From positions 2,294,001 through 2,358,000 of the forward strand of contig OX597831.1 of NCBI GenBank assembly GCA_951406725.2: a stretch of 64,000 nt of DNA. The letters run 5' to 3'. Source of the stretch: Octopus vulgaris (Eukaryota). Below are positions 52,840-64,000 of this stretch, in pieces (within the stretch, counting starts at the first letter, position 1; each line of letters opens with the position of its first letter). Both the position numbers and the translations under genes were made by a program. Below the pieces are notes generated by a model. The model was not told the origin of the DNA. It ran no database searches and was given only the letters and a program-made list of their open reading frames with translations.

Positions 52840-53033
52840 AGGGAGAATTCACAAAAAAACAAAAGACAAAGATAGGTGGTGTAGACAACAAACAGATGTA
52901 TTAGTATAACGCTCGGGAAGTGAAAAAGTCTTTAATGTTTCGAGCTTACGCTCTTCTACAAAAAGGAACACCAAAAGAAACAAAGAGAGAAAATAAAGAA
53001 TATATAGTGGCTAGCGATCCATCATCGTGAAGT
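52840..53033 (-). mobile_element. Penelope-like pseudo-LTR fragment in (TA)n with a degenerate hammerhead (52930-52965)
   Basis: Reverse strand cuuu UUGUAGA a GAGC-guaa-GCUC GAAAC AUU aaag; downstream sequence resembles 45347-45405. Confidence 0.55.
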
Positions 53034-53081
53034 GTATATATATATATATATATATACTTTATGTAAACTATATACATTTCA

Positions 53082-53316
53082 TTAATCCTTTAGCATTCAG
53101 ATTATTCTGTCAAATGTAATGCTTATCTATATACATGGATTTTAATTAATTATGTATTATCTTACGACTTCAAGATTTCAATGAGGTTGTTTATTTTTAT
53201 AATGACATTGTATGATAGGCGTGAGATGCTGGATATGGCCAGTTTGAGCATAAAAGAGGCAGAATATTTTGGCTGGATTTGGCTGGATGTGGCTGGCTCA
53301 AATGCTGAAGGGTTAA
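53082..53316. mobile_element. piggyBac-like MITE, family 1
   Basis: ttaa|tcctttagcatt...aatgctgaaggg|ttaa. Confidence 0.8.
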
Positions 53317-53739
53317 ATGTCATTGGGTTAAAATACAGTGAAGCGGAGTTTAATAGACTTGAGCTGTCTTCACTCATTTTGAAATGCAGTTTACCAAAAG
53401 GGAATGTAATATGAGGTAAGGGTTTGTGAAATTACCACATGAAGATAGAAGAGGTTTACAGTAGCATACAGCATTTGTAGACAGAGTTACTTGGAACCAT
53501 ACCCAGATATCTAGTGAAACTGTGTTTCTTAGTGTATTGAATGTATTTAACATATTAAACCTTGTGTAGGTATGTGGCCAAATGGTTAGGGTATTGCATT
53601 CATGATTGCAAGATCACTGTTTCAATTCCTGGACTGGGTGGTGTGTTGCATTCTTTAAACACTTCACTTCATTCTGCTCTATGATAACTTCAACCTCTGA
53701 CGTGTGGTACACCATGCAATCCCTTCAAAAAGATTGACA

Positions 53740-53908
53740 GGCAATGTCGATTTTTTGAAGGGATTGGGTTAATGTCCCCATTTGACCAAAACCTATATAT
53801 TTGCCCCAGCTGTGCTAGAGCCTGTTGTTCAAGGATTTGTTTACATGACCACTTAAGGGCTTGCCATTCTTCCTCATGGTCTTTGGACATGAAAAACTGC
53901 CATCATTA
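53740..53908 (+). mobile_element. RTE/BovB-like LINE extreme 3' end with C2H2-type zinc-finger remnant
   Basis: ORF 53772..53954 contains YICPSCARACCSRICLHDHLRACH, the CxxC..SRIxL.xH..H motif typical of RTE ORF C-termini. It is followed by a short UTR and (CAT)-like tail. Confidence 0.7.
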
Positions 53909-54079
53909 CAAAAAATATTTTAATTTTATAGCTGTGTGTGTGCGTGTGTGGTGATGGGGGAGAGAGGGGCACATATTTATCCTGTCTTTAAAATGTCGTT
54001 TTCTAATAGAGTTTAAGCTAATCCTCTGTTAATGATGATGATCATTATGACCTAGTTCTCATCTCCCATTTTTATAACA

Positions 54080-54588
54080 GTAAGTAGATGAAAGTGAAAA
54101 ACAATACCAGTATTAATTGGAGCATTGGGTATGATAGAAAAATCATATGAACCAAAAACATAGAAGCTATACCTGGACCTGCAACACTACACATTGTCCA
54201 AAAAATAGCCCTGTTAGGAGCAGTCCACATCCTATGCAAGACACTATCATGTCAATAATATAACCCTAACAAAACAATCCACAGACACAAGACACACTCT
54301 ATACAGTAAGTATTCAATAAAACAAACAATGACCACATGTACTCTACAATCCGGATACCCAACAGTAGAACACAGCTTGCATTACACACACAACACACAA
54401 TACAACAAAAGACTGCAACCAGACACCATAACAAAACAAACGGATGCAATACAATACTGGGAGGATTTTGCACTCCCCCAACAACAAAAAAGAACACATA
54501 ATGCTAGACATATACCAGCAACATGAAGGTGTAGCAGGTGATGCAGCAGAAATCTGCTTGAAATTATCTAATAATGATAATAATAATA
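54080..54588 (+). mobile_element. Dong/R4-clade LINE 3' fragment with 3' UTR ending in (AAT)n
   Basis: TIPVLIGALGMIEK...QKIALLGAVHILCKTLSCQ*; homologous to 3495-3810. Confidence 0.75.
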
Positions 54589-55002
54589 ATCCTTTCTACT
54601 AAAGGCACAAGGCCTGAAATTTAATCAACTGGTACTTAATCTATTGACCCTGAAAGGATGAAAGACAAAGTTGAGTCCAATGGAATTTGAACTCAGAATG
54701 TAAGGACAGATGAAATGCTGAAAAGCATTTTGCCTGGTGTGCTAGCGATTCTGCCAGCTTGCTGCCTTAATAATAATAATAATAATTCTTTCTATAATAG
54801 GCATAAGGCCCAGTATATGTGGGGAGGGGCTAATCGATTACTCTGGCCCCAGTGCTCAACTGGTACTTTATTTTATTGACCCAAAAAAGGATGAAAAGCA
54901 AAACTGACCTCAGCAGCATTTGAACTCAGAACACAAAAACCAAAAGAAATGCTGCAAAGCATTTTGTTTGGCATGCTGATGGTTCTGCCAGCTTGCCACC
55001 TT
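54589..55002 (-). mobile_element. Two tandem Meta-domain-like SINE copies
   Basis: Same core, separated by (AAT)n. Confidence 0.85.
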
Positions 55003-55085
55003 TAGGTCAATGTAATCAATTCTTACAATTTAAATCTATTGTAAACGTGAATTAACAAAAAGAAGAAAAAAATCAATCTTCATAG

Positions 55086-55116
<31 letters not shown>

Positions 55117-56009
55117 ATAATAATAATAATAATTACTTTCACTAAAGAACAATGCACTAGTGAAATGTTCATTAAATGAAGAAAAAATATAAAAGAAGAA
55201 AAGATTAGCTTAATTAAATTTCAAATTAAACTGACTAAAAAAAAATAAAGTTCGATTGTTATGCAGAAGAAATAATAATAATAATAATGATGATGATAAT
55301 AAGGCTTCATTATTTGTGGGAGAATTCTGTCAAATTTACTGGAAAAACACTGGAATTGTATAATTTGTAAAAACTCCATTACTTTTTTTTATTATTTTCA
55401 CCAGAATGTCAATAGTTCAGAGAAGGTCGAAGAACTCACTAATTCAAAACCCCATCACTGGCATTATGTTTCTATTTCTAACAAAAGACACTTTAACTCT
55501 CTTTGGCTCTGTTAACCTAAATGTTAATAAATATCATGGGAAGACAGGGTTGAAAGCTGTTAAGAGAGGGATTTCACGACAGTTGAATGTTTCGTTAGTT
55601 TCTAGTATTGATCTAAAGTCCTCTTTAATATATGACTGGAAATATATTTGCATTCTACAGGGTGAACCTCCCTTGATGTAGCCATAACTGATGTCCCTTT
55701 TCATGAGATTCACATGTACAACAGCTATTTTATATTCAGGTAAGTGGTAATGTACCAAATAACACATTAAAAATGTTCTGAAAGAGTTTAAATTTGCCTT
55801 TTAGCTGATGAAAGAAAAACAAAAACCTAGCAACAATTGCTTGTGACTTTCAAAGAAAAGGGAAGAAAATTTCAAGTAATTAAGAATTAATTTCATAGAA
55901 AATTTAAATTTCATACTTGGCCAAAAAAAAATCTGATCTTTTTAGCAGAAAAGGTTACAGTTACAAGTATGTTTTAGTCTTATAAGATTTCATAAAAAAA
56001 AAAAAAGGT

Positions 56010-56240
56010 TCAAAGGTCCTTTCTGAGCCATATGGTTAGTTTCCCAGATTCTGTGGTGTACATATTCTCCCATCCCTGGATAGGATGCTGGTCCATTGAA
56101 GCATCATACATAATTGCCAGCCAAGTAAACTGGAGCAATGTGAAATTAAGTGTCTAGCTCAAGAACACGATGCATCACCCAGTCCAGGAATCAAAACCAC
56201 AATCTTACAATCATGAGTGCGACACCCTAACCGCACTAGC
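56010..56240 (-). mobile_element. Old CORE-type tRNA SINE (relatives at about 41340-41580 and 53572-53720)
   Basis: Reverse strand ggttagggtgtc..gtggttttgattcctggactggg..gtgttcttgagctagacacttaatttcacattgctccag. Confidence 0.65.
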
Positions 56241-58580
56241 ACCATTTGCATAATTACTTCACTGAGAGATCTAAGATGAATCACAATCTGTAACTTGTCC
56301 CCTTTCCTGCTAATAAAGATCTGAAAAGCATTAAATATATTGTAAAACTGATTTTTAATTTCTTGAAATTATTTTCCCTTTTCTCTGGAAGTTCCCTAAC
56401 AATTGCTACCAGGTGATTGATTTCTCCAACTAAGTGGTAAATTTCAAGTCATTGAGAATTATTTGTATATATCATTTGGTACACTATCATATTCCTGAAT
56501 TCTCAAAATTCATGCCATTAACCCACTTGACTTATTTCCCTTAGCTCACTTTTTCTTTTATATATTCAGTTCTGGATTTATTACTTCTTTATTTATTTCT
56601 GTGAAGTGATAATGGATAAATGAGGATTGGAAGGAAAAGAGATTTTCTTTACAAAAAGCTATTTCAATAATTAAAAAGAATTCTTACTGGAATAGAAAAA
56701 ATTAGTAAGCTAACGAAGGTTGTAAGAGAAATAGAGAACAGCTCTCTCTCTCTCTCTCTTGCACACACACACACATCTGAAATTAAATCACCATGCCTTC
56801 TATATTCCTGTCTTCAGGCAATTACACACACACGAATTATCAACAATTCTACTTGAGAGATAAAAATAGCAAGCAGCCATAGATGGCAGGTTTGGTTTGA
56901 AAAATGTAAGAGAGATAAGATAAGAAACCTACTGAGTATTTTCTATGCACAAACTGTTAGAGAGTTTCTTTATATCTTTACCCAAGGCCAAGAAGGGCAG
57001 CTAGCTTCATGGATGCTGGTTCCTCAGAATTAAAATGACAAATCTCAGAAAATATGCCTTAGGATGGATGTCACAGTGTTTCATGTAGAACTTAGATATC
57101 CATTGAAAATAAGCAGAAATAGGCAGACAAGATTTTTGTAGACAAAGACAGAGGCAAAGATAAAAATCGGTGACCTTTGATCTCAGAATAAGAACCCTCT
57201 CAAAAGTTTATATAATGATCATATTCTATCTTTAACAACTTGACACATCTGGCTTCTCTTTCAATCATGTTACACTAGTAATCAGGAAATAGACAGAAGG
57301 AAAAGATACAAAGCTTGTTTCTTTTCTTAAAAATATTCTAATATATATTCAGATGTGTTCGGTGAAGAGTGAATGTTAGCAAGAGAAGAAAACAAAATAG
57401 AGAGGTTAGAGGGTAGGGAGTTGGATCCATCCTTAAACTATCTTTAACATTAAAAGGTGGGGGGACTGAGACTAGCAAAGTTTTTTGAAGTTAGTGCAGG
57501 GTTCATTAGAATCAAATATAAAAACACAATGTTTATGGAGTTTTCTTTTGACGAATGAAGAGAAAGTAGATAGGAGAAATGGGAAAACGTATTTTAAAAA
57601 TATTAAATATCGTCTTTGAAGATTGAGAAAGAAGAAAAGTATTATTCATGCGATAAATATTGTAAGAATAGGGAATGAAAATGGAAAAAAAAAAAAAATT
57701 TAAAAAAAAAGAAAATTTTACATTTTTATCTTTCTCAAAAATTTATGGCTGTAAGAATTGAAACTACCTCTACCATCACCAAAATTTTATTGAGGACAAT
57801 TTGTAGTGAAAGATAGGAAGTTTTCCTTTATTTAACAATGATAAAAAAGAGTTAAACGGTTTATTAAACACTGAAATGTTAGATTATATGTAAAGGAAGC
57901 AAAAAAAAAAAAGAAAAATAGTTGGTTTCATCTTCAATTTCTTAGAATTCAGAGATGGAACATTAACAATTACATATTACAGACATGTGTATGCTATTGA
58001 AGTGTTAAAAATATCTTTTTTCTTTTTTCTTAAAGCAAAGCTACATAATTACACATTACTGATGACATATGTAGGATTTATTAAAAAGAAATTTCCATCC
58101 AACAAATCCGTTATGACAAGTATCATGCATATTAGAAATTCATTCAACCATCCATCAAACATCTTAAGAGTGCCCTGTAGCTTGAATATCATATGCCAGT
58201 GGTTTCTGAAGCACTGTATGCTTTTGCAAGCCTAATACCCAACCCCACTTGAAACAAGATAACACCCCGCCGCCCTAACACATACAAGAATAATTATATT
58301 ATGTATTTAAAAAGTTCACTCCAGAACCAGACCGATGTGGGTTCAATGTCTGCCTGACACCGTGGAAAAATATCTTTTAGCATTGCCTATTGTTAACCAA
58401 TGCTTTGTAAGTGAAATTTGGTAGATGCAGAAATGTGCAGAATCCTGTTGTACACACTCACACACATGTATGTGTATGTGTGTGAGAGAGAGAGCATGCA
58501 CATGTGTAAACAAGGGTCTGTGGTTAAGAACTTTGCTTCACAATCATTGGGTTTTGGGTATGGCACCTTGGGCAAATGCC

Positions 58581-58797
58581 TTAACCCTTTTGTTACCAAA
58601 ACGGCTCTGGCTCTGAGTACAAACGTTTTGTTTACATGAGTTTTGAATTAAAATCTTCAACCAAACTTTAGTCACAATTTATGTTCCTAACACCAGCTTA
58701 ATCGTAACTAAGTTATTTTACTAAATTCTTTGTCATATTTAAAGTAATTGAAAGAAACACAGAGCATCTCAAATAAATACAGTAGCGAAAGGGTTAA
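58581..58797. mobile_element. piggyBac-like MITE, family 3, adjoining a CORE-like SINE fragment
   Basis: ttaa|cccttttgttacc...gtagcgaaaggg|ttaa. Confidence 0.8.
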
Positions 58798-59171
58798 GTT
58801 GATCACTACTTTGTGATTGAAAGCTGCATAGAAGCACATCGTGTGTGTGTATGCATGCACATGCGCATGTGTTTGTCCCCATGTCACTTTATACTGACAT
58901 GACACTGTTTAGGTAACATTGACATATGTGCTACATAAACAGTGTGTCTTCCAGTTGAGAGCTTTGATGTGTGAAGCCCAGTTGAAGAAAGTAACTTACT
59001 TGAAAATAAGAAAAAGGTATTGGGAAGAACATCCAATGATAAAACACTGCCTTGAGAAATTTTGTCCAATTCATAATCAACATAGAAAAGGTAAACACAA
59101 GAACAATGATGATAATGAAGATGAAGTGTGTATATATGTTTGTGTATATTGGTGTAAACTGTAGAACATGT

Positions 59172-59555
59172 GGAGGCGCAATGGCCCAGTGGTTAGGGCA
59201 GCGGACTCGCGGTCGTAGGATCGCGGTTTCGATTCCCAGACCGGGCGTTGTGAGTGTTTATTGAGCGAAAACACCTAAAGCTCCACGAGGCTCCGGAAGG
59301 GATGGTGGTGGTGATCCCTGCTGTACTCTTTCACCACAACTTTCTCTCACTCTTACTTCCTGTTTCTGTTGTACCTGTATTTCAAAGAGCCGGCCTTGTC
59401 ACTCTCTGTGTCATGCTGAATATCCCCGAGAACTACATTAAGGGTACACGTGTCTGTGGAGTGCTCAGCCACTTACACGTTAATTTCATGAGCAGGCTGT
59501 TCCGTTGATCGGATCAACCGGAACCCTCATCGTCGTAACCGACGGAGTGCTTCCA
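59172..59555 (+). mobile_element. Young tRNA-derived SINE, second copy, with TSD
   Basis: Same head and body; aaactgtagaaca repeated on both sides. Confidence 0.92.
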
Positions 59556-60167
59556 ACCAAACTGTAGAACAATAATGTGACTAAATGGAAGTAACTTGCA
59601 AAAGAAAAATGATAACCTGCTGATAAATAGAACTTGATAAAATGAATACTGATTGACTAAAATCCTGGAAAGCAGTGACCCAGTATGGCCACAATACTGG
59701 GTAAAACCAGTAAAAGAATAAGAGATTATACTCACTCAAGGAACACTGAGTCATCATTACAAGTTCATGAAACACTTGATAATTGTGCAGTGTTGCCACT
59801 TATTACAGTTGCAAACTATTACCCCCTCCCCTCATTTATAACTAAGTAGACTAGACTGATTTCATGGTCGTTTTATTGCATGGTTGACAGAAAACAAACA
59901 GCTGACCCCTGTTAGGATGACTATGAGTAGTTTTCATTTTAGAAAAACGAAGTATAAGAATAAAGCTAGAAGAACCAAAATATACATCTGAAATAATTTT
60001 TGTCCAACAACAACAATAATAATGTGATAGCCAGGAAACCTTGAAGTGGTCAACTGTTCATCTAGAAATAGCAATGCAACCGAATTCCCTCAAATCATAT
60101 GCTACCCTTTTTAAAAAGGAAGGTTAAAAAATTGCTTTGGTGATAGCTTGAAGGCCTTTGATTACAC

Positions 60168-60558
60168 TCTTTTACTTGTTTCAGTCATTTGACTGCGGCC
60201 ATGCTGGAGCACCGCCTTTAGTCAAGCAAATCGACCCCAGGACTTATTTTTTGTAAGCCTAGTACTTATTCTATCGGTTTCTTATGCCGAACCGCTAAGT
60301 TACGGGGATGTAAACACACCACCATCGGTTGTCAAGCGATATTGGGGGGACAAACACAGACACACAAACATATACACACACACACACATACATATAGATA
60401 TATACATATATACAATGGGCCAGTTTCGTCTACCAAATCCACTCACATGGCTTTGGTCGGCCCGAGGCTATAGTAGGAGACACTTGCCCAAGGTGCTATG
60501 TAGTGGGACTGAACCCGGAACCATGTGGTTGGTAAGCAAGCTACTTACCACACAGCCA
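60168..60558 (-). mobile_element. CORE-like octopus tRNA SINE (OR-type) with internal CA/TA microsatellite
   Basis: Reverse strand reads gctgtgtggtaagtagcttgct..gggttcagtccc..gcaccttgggcaagtgtct, a tRNA head followed by a CORE-like block. Confidence 0.85.
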
Positions 60559-60571
60559 ACATTTTTTTTTT

Positions 60572-61013
60572 TTGTCTTTGGTCAGTAAGTGTAAAATCCT
60601 AATTGCTTCTATATAGAAATCAAAAGAAATGACTACAATTCTTTTATCCTTGATTTTGTGATCTGGACATTGATGTTTTGAAACTGACATATTTTCCATT
60701 ACACTTCAGACATATGCAGTGCTGAGCTGCTGAAGCAGAAGTACCATTATAGCAAGTATTTTGATCAATATCACAGATTTGCTTGTCAGTTGCTTGACCA
60801 AAACCACTTGAACATGTCCATTAGTGGCTGACAACATGTACACCTCTGATCATGAGCAGGAGTAGTTGGAGAGTTTCATATACATGTGCTGAGAGAGATT
60901 CTTTGAAGTTTTGAATAAATGTAACAAAAGCAAAGTTTGAAGGAAATATTAGCCATTTTTCATACTTTGTAGGGGTAAGCAATTAGGAAATAACATTTGC
61001 TGGCCAAGGACAA
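60572..61013. mobile_element. Second copy of the same TIR element
   Basis: Colinear with 45615-46045, including both TIRs. Confidence 0.75.
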
Positions 61014-61382
61014 AAATCATGTTACAGCGCTATAGGTCTACTCAATTAGAGATGACCTAGGGCATTAACAAGAACAAACAATCACAGCCACCGTCACATT
61101 AATGGTTACTAAGATTGGCACAAGGTCGCACATTTTGTGGGAGGATATTAAGGTTGATTTGAAGATTAAGTGGAAACTTAAGAGGACAGAGGCAGTGGTG
61201 CCGAGTGGAGATGGGAGGTGGCTGGAGAGAGAGACTTGAGATTTTCTCAGGAAATAATTTAAGATAACCCCTACCTCCATAAATAAGAACATTTCTAATT
61301 ATATGTTCTGAGACAGTATTACCAAAACATTGTAAGTGACTTGCTGATTACATAGCAATACTAGTAGTAGTAGTAGTATGTT

Positions 61383-61830
<448 letters not shown>

Positions 61831-62014
61831 GTATATAGTATGAACACACAAACTTTAAATTTCCAGACCTTTATTTAATATCATTTACGTTCAATTTCCG
61901 TACACACACAAAAGCATTATTGTTTGTTGGCAAATTTCCACCAAATAAATGCTTTCAGGACTCATTTCACACTCTCCCTAGTGATTTCCCCAACACCGAA
62001 ATATTAGCATATAC

Positions 62015-62059
62015 CTGAACTCTCTCTCCCCCACTGTCCTCGACCCACCTTGCCTCCAT
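62015..62059 (-). CDS. Candidate 45-nt exon (MEARWVEDSGGERVQ in phase 0, or DGGKVGRGQWGRESS in phase 1)
   Basis: Acceptor atatttgtagttatacag| and donor CAG|gtatat. Purine-rich, length a multiple of 3, open in two frames. Confidence 0.45.
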
Positions 62060-62464
62060 CTGTATAACTACAAATATATGAATGTATTTGCTGTTTGATT
62101 GCTAAGTGTTGAAATAAAGTAAAACTAAACAAATCTAATTAAATCCAACCACTCCCATACCACCACCACCGCCACCACTGTCATTGTCATTGTTCAAATA
62201 AATCATTAAAGCTATTAACACATATCAGTTGCCCTCGGTTCCTTAACTTGTTCAGACTAATCACTTGGAATCCGTCTAACCTTTTCCCTTTCCCACCGCA
62301 CAAACACAACCAAAGAAAAAGATTGACAAACAACTTTAAGTGTTCAGTGAGTAGGTTGGAAGAGGGGAGGTTTGCAATATTTGAATACAGTTGTGCAACA
62401 CAGTGTTTAGCTAATACTGATCCTATTACTTCAGCCACTAAATGGTAGTGAACTGGCAAAATCA

Positions 62465-62620
62465 TTATTAGTGCAGCAGACAACGCATCTCGCAGTATTT
62501 GTTCTGTCTCTTTACATTGAGTTCAAATGCTGTCGAGGTCAAGTTTGCCTTTCGTTCTTTCAGGGTCGATAAAATAATGTAACAGTCGAGAAGCAGGATG
62601 CAAACCTCCTTCCCTCTAGC
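62465..62620 (+). mobile_element. Meta-domain-like SINE, plus orientation, diverged
   Basis: gagttcaaatgctgtcgaggtcaagtttgcctttcgttctttcagggtcgataaaat. Confidence 0.75.
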
Positions 62621-62764
62621 TATTATGTTCTGGATGTTACACTGGGTCAAGGAAGTGAAGGTAGAGGAAATGTCCACAACCACTTGGACAACTAAAAAAC
62701 AAACAAAACTAAATCATAATCATTTTCTTTTGCAGTTCTATTGAATAGTATGATCACTAGCCAT

Positions 62765-63000
62765 CCAACACCATCCGAGCATGGCCATTCGCCAGCCTCG
62801 TCTGGCACCTGTGTCGGTGGCACATAAAAAGCACCCACTACACTCACGGAGTGGTTGGCGTTAGGAAGGGCATCCAGCTGTAGAAACACTGCCAGATCTG
62901 ACTGGCCTGGTGCAGCCTTCGGGCTTCCCAGATCCCAGTTGAACCGTCCAACCCATGCTAGCATGGAAAGCGGACGTTAAACGATGATGATGATGATGAC
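62765..63000 (+). mobile_element. RTE LINE 3' UTR fragment with (GAT)n tail
   Basis: Near-identical to 26145-26376. Confidence 0.8.
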
Positions 63001-63044
63001 TAGCATTGTTTTTATGTCCATTTTTCCATGTTGGCATAGATTCT

Positions 63045-63445
63045 TATTTCTTTATTGCCCACACGGGGCTAAACATAGAGGGGACAAACAAGGACATTAA
63101 GTCAATCATATCGACCCCAGTGCGTAACTGATACTTAATTTATTGACCCCGAAAGGATGAAAGGCAAAGTCGACCTCGGCGGAATTTGAACTCAGAACGA
63201 AACAGCAGACGAAATACCTATTTCTTTACTACCCAAAAGGGGATAAACACAGAGGGGACAAACAAGGACAGACAAACGGATTAAGTCGATTACATTGACC
63301 CCAGTGCGTAACTGGTACTTAATTTATCGACCCCGAAAGGATGAAAGGCAAAGTTGACCTTGGCGGAATTTGAACACAGAACGTAGCGGCAGACGAAATA
63401 CCGCTAAGCATTTCGCCCGGTGTGTTAACGTTTCTGCCAGCTCAG
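63045..63445 (-). mobile_element. Two young tandem Meta-domain-like SINE copies with a distinct 3' tail
   Basis: CpG-intact core gaccccgaaaggatgaaaggcaaagtcgacctcggcggaatttgaac; tail gaggggacaaacaaggaca. Confidence 0.9.
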
Positions 63446-63712
63446 AATCTATGTTGGCACAGATTCTGAGGCAATGTTTTATGACCAGATGCTTTTTCTG
63501 ACACCAGTCCTTTTAAGCACTTATAACATGCAGGGGTACAGTAACCCTGTGCTTAAAAAAATGGAATATGCATGCAACACATCATTGATAAGACCGAGGA
63601 AGGTCAAAATTACATGATCTTGTGGTCTTGGTGCTGAAGGTGGTGGGGACTTATCTCCCCACTAGCAAATTAAACAAAAGTGCATTTTGCACCAAAACTC
63701 AATTTTTTTTTT

Positions 63713-63911
63713 TCTTTTACTTGTTTCAGTCATTTGACTGCGGCCATGCTGGAGCACCGCCTTTAGTCGAGTAAATCGATCCCAGAGCTTATTCTGTGTA
63801 AGCATAGTACTTATTCTATCGGTCTCTTTTGCTGAACCGCTAAGTTACGGGGACGTAAGCACACCAGCATAAGTTGTGAAGCGATGTTGGGGGTGGGGGA
63901 CAAACATACAT

Positions 63912-63961
<50 letters not shown>

Positions 63962-64000
63962 GATGGGCTTCTTTCAGTTTCCGTCTACCAAATCTACTCA
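63713..64000 (-). mobile_element. CORE-like OR-type SINE, cut by the window end
   Basis: Near-identical to the 3' part of 60168-60558. Confidence 0.85.

Noticed and set aside
53772-53954. Host C2H2 zinc-finger gene
   Set aside because: A single finger followed by a LINE-type 3' tail; it fits an RTE ORF terminus.

Overview
This is eukaryotic, AT-rich, repeat-dense DNA, almost certainly from an octopus (inferred from the SINE families and microsatellite load). The whole window appears to lie inside introns of one large minus-strand gene. The plus strand is consistently A-rich, so the pre-mRNA would be U-rich. I find one 222-nt Glu/Lys-rich exon (15557-15778) and a series of 24-45-nt frame-preserving microexons (39287-39310, 29172-29204, 7820-7855, 224-250, probably 62015-62059) with GT-AG borders. 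Spliced, the phase-0 exons give an acidic, probably disordered segment (DYVLYREQ-EYIDPDEDPEE-KEFQDQMKQKIVDDDLL...KDATE-EKSDDKETEEIK) that I cannot name. The rest is mobile DNA: about 25 Meta-domain-like tRNA SINEs, often in head-to-tail arrays on (AAT)n; CORE-type SINEs; RTE and Dong/R4 LINE 3' ends; a decayed DD41D Tc1/mariner element; TTAA piggyBac-like and other MITEs; Penelope-like hairpin and hammerhead remnants; and long compound microsatellites. Nearly all long ORFs in the supplied track are microsatellite artefacts. The most promising leads are the microexon cluster, a microsatellite-borne array of 17 UGCAUG (RBFOX-type) sites upstream of the main exon, inverted repeats bracketing a microexon, hammerhead-like motifs, (TA)n-anchored hairpin-plus-tail elements, and a palindromic minisatellite with (TA)n spacers. 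No prokaryotic system, tRNA, rRNA or CRISPR array is supported. Repeat boundaries are approximate and read by eye.
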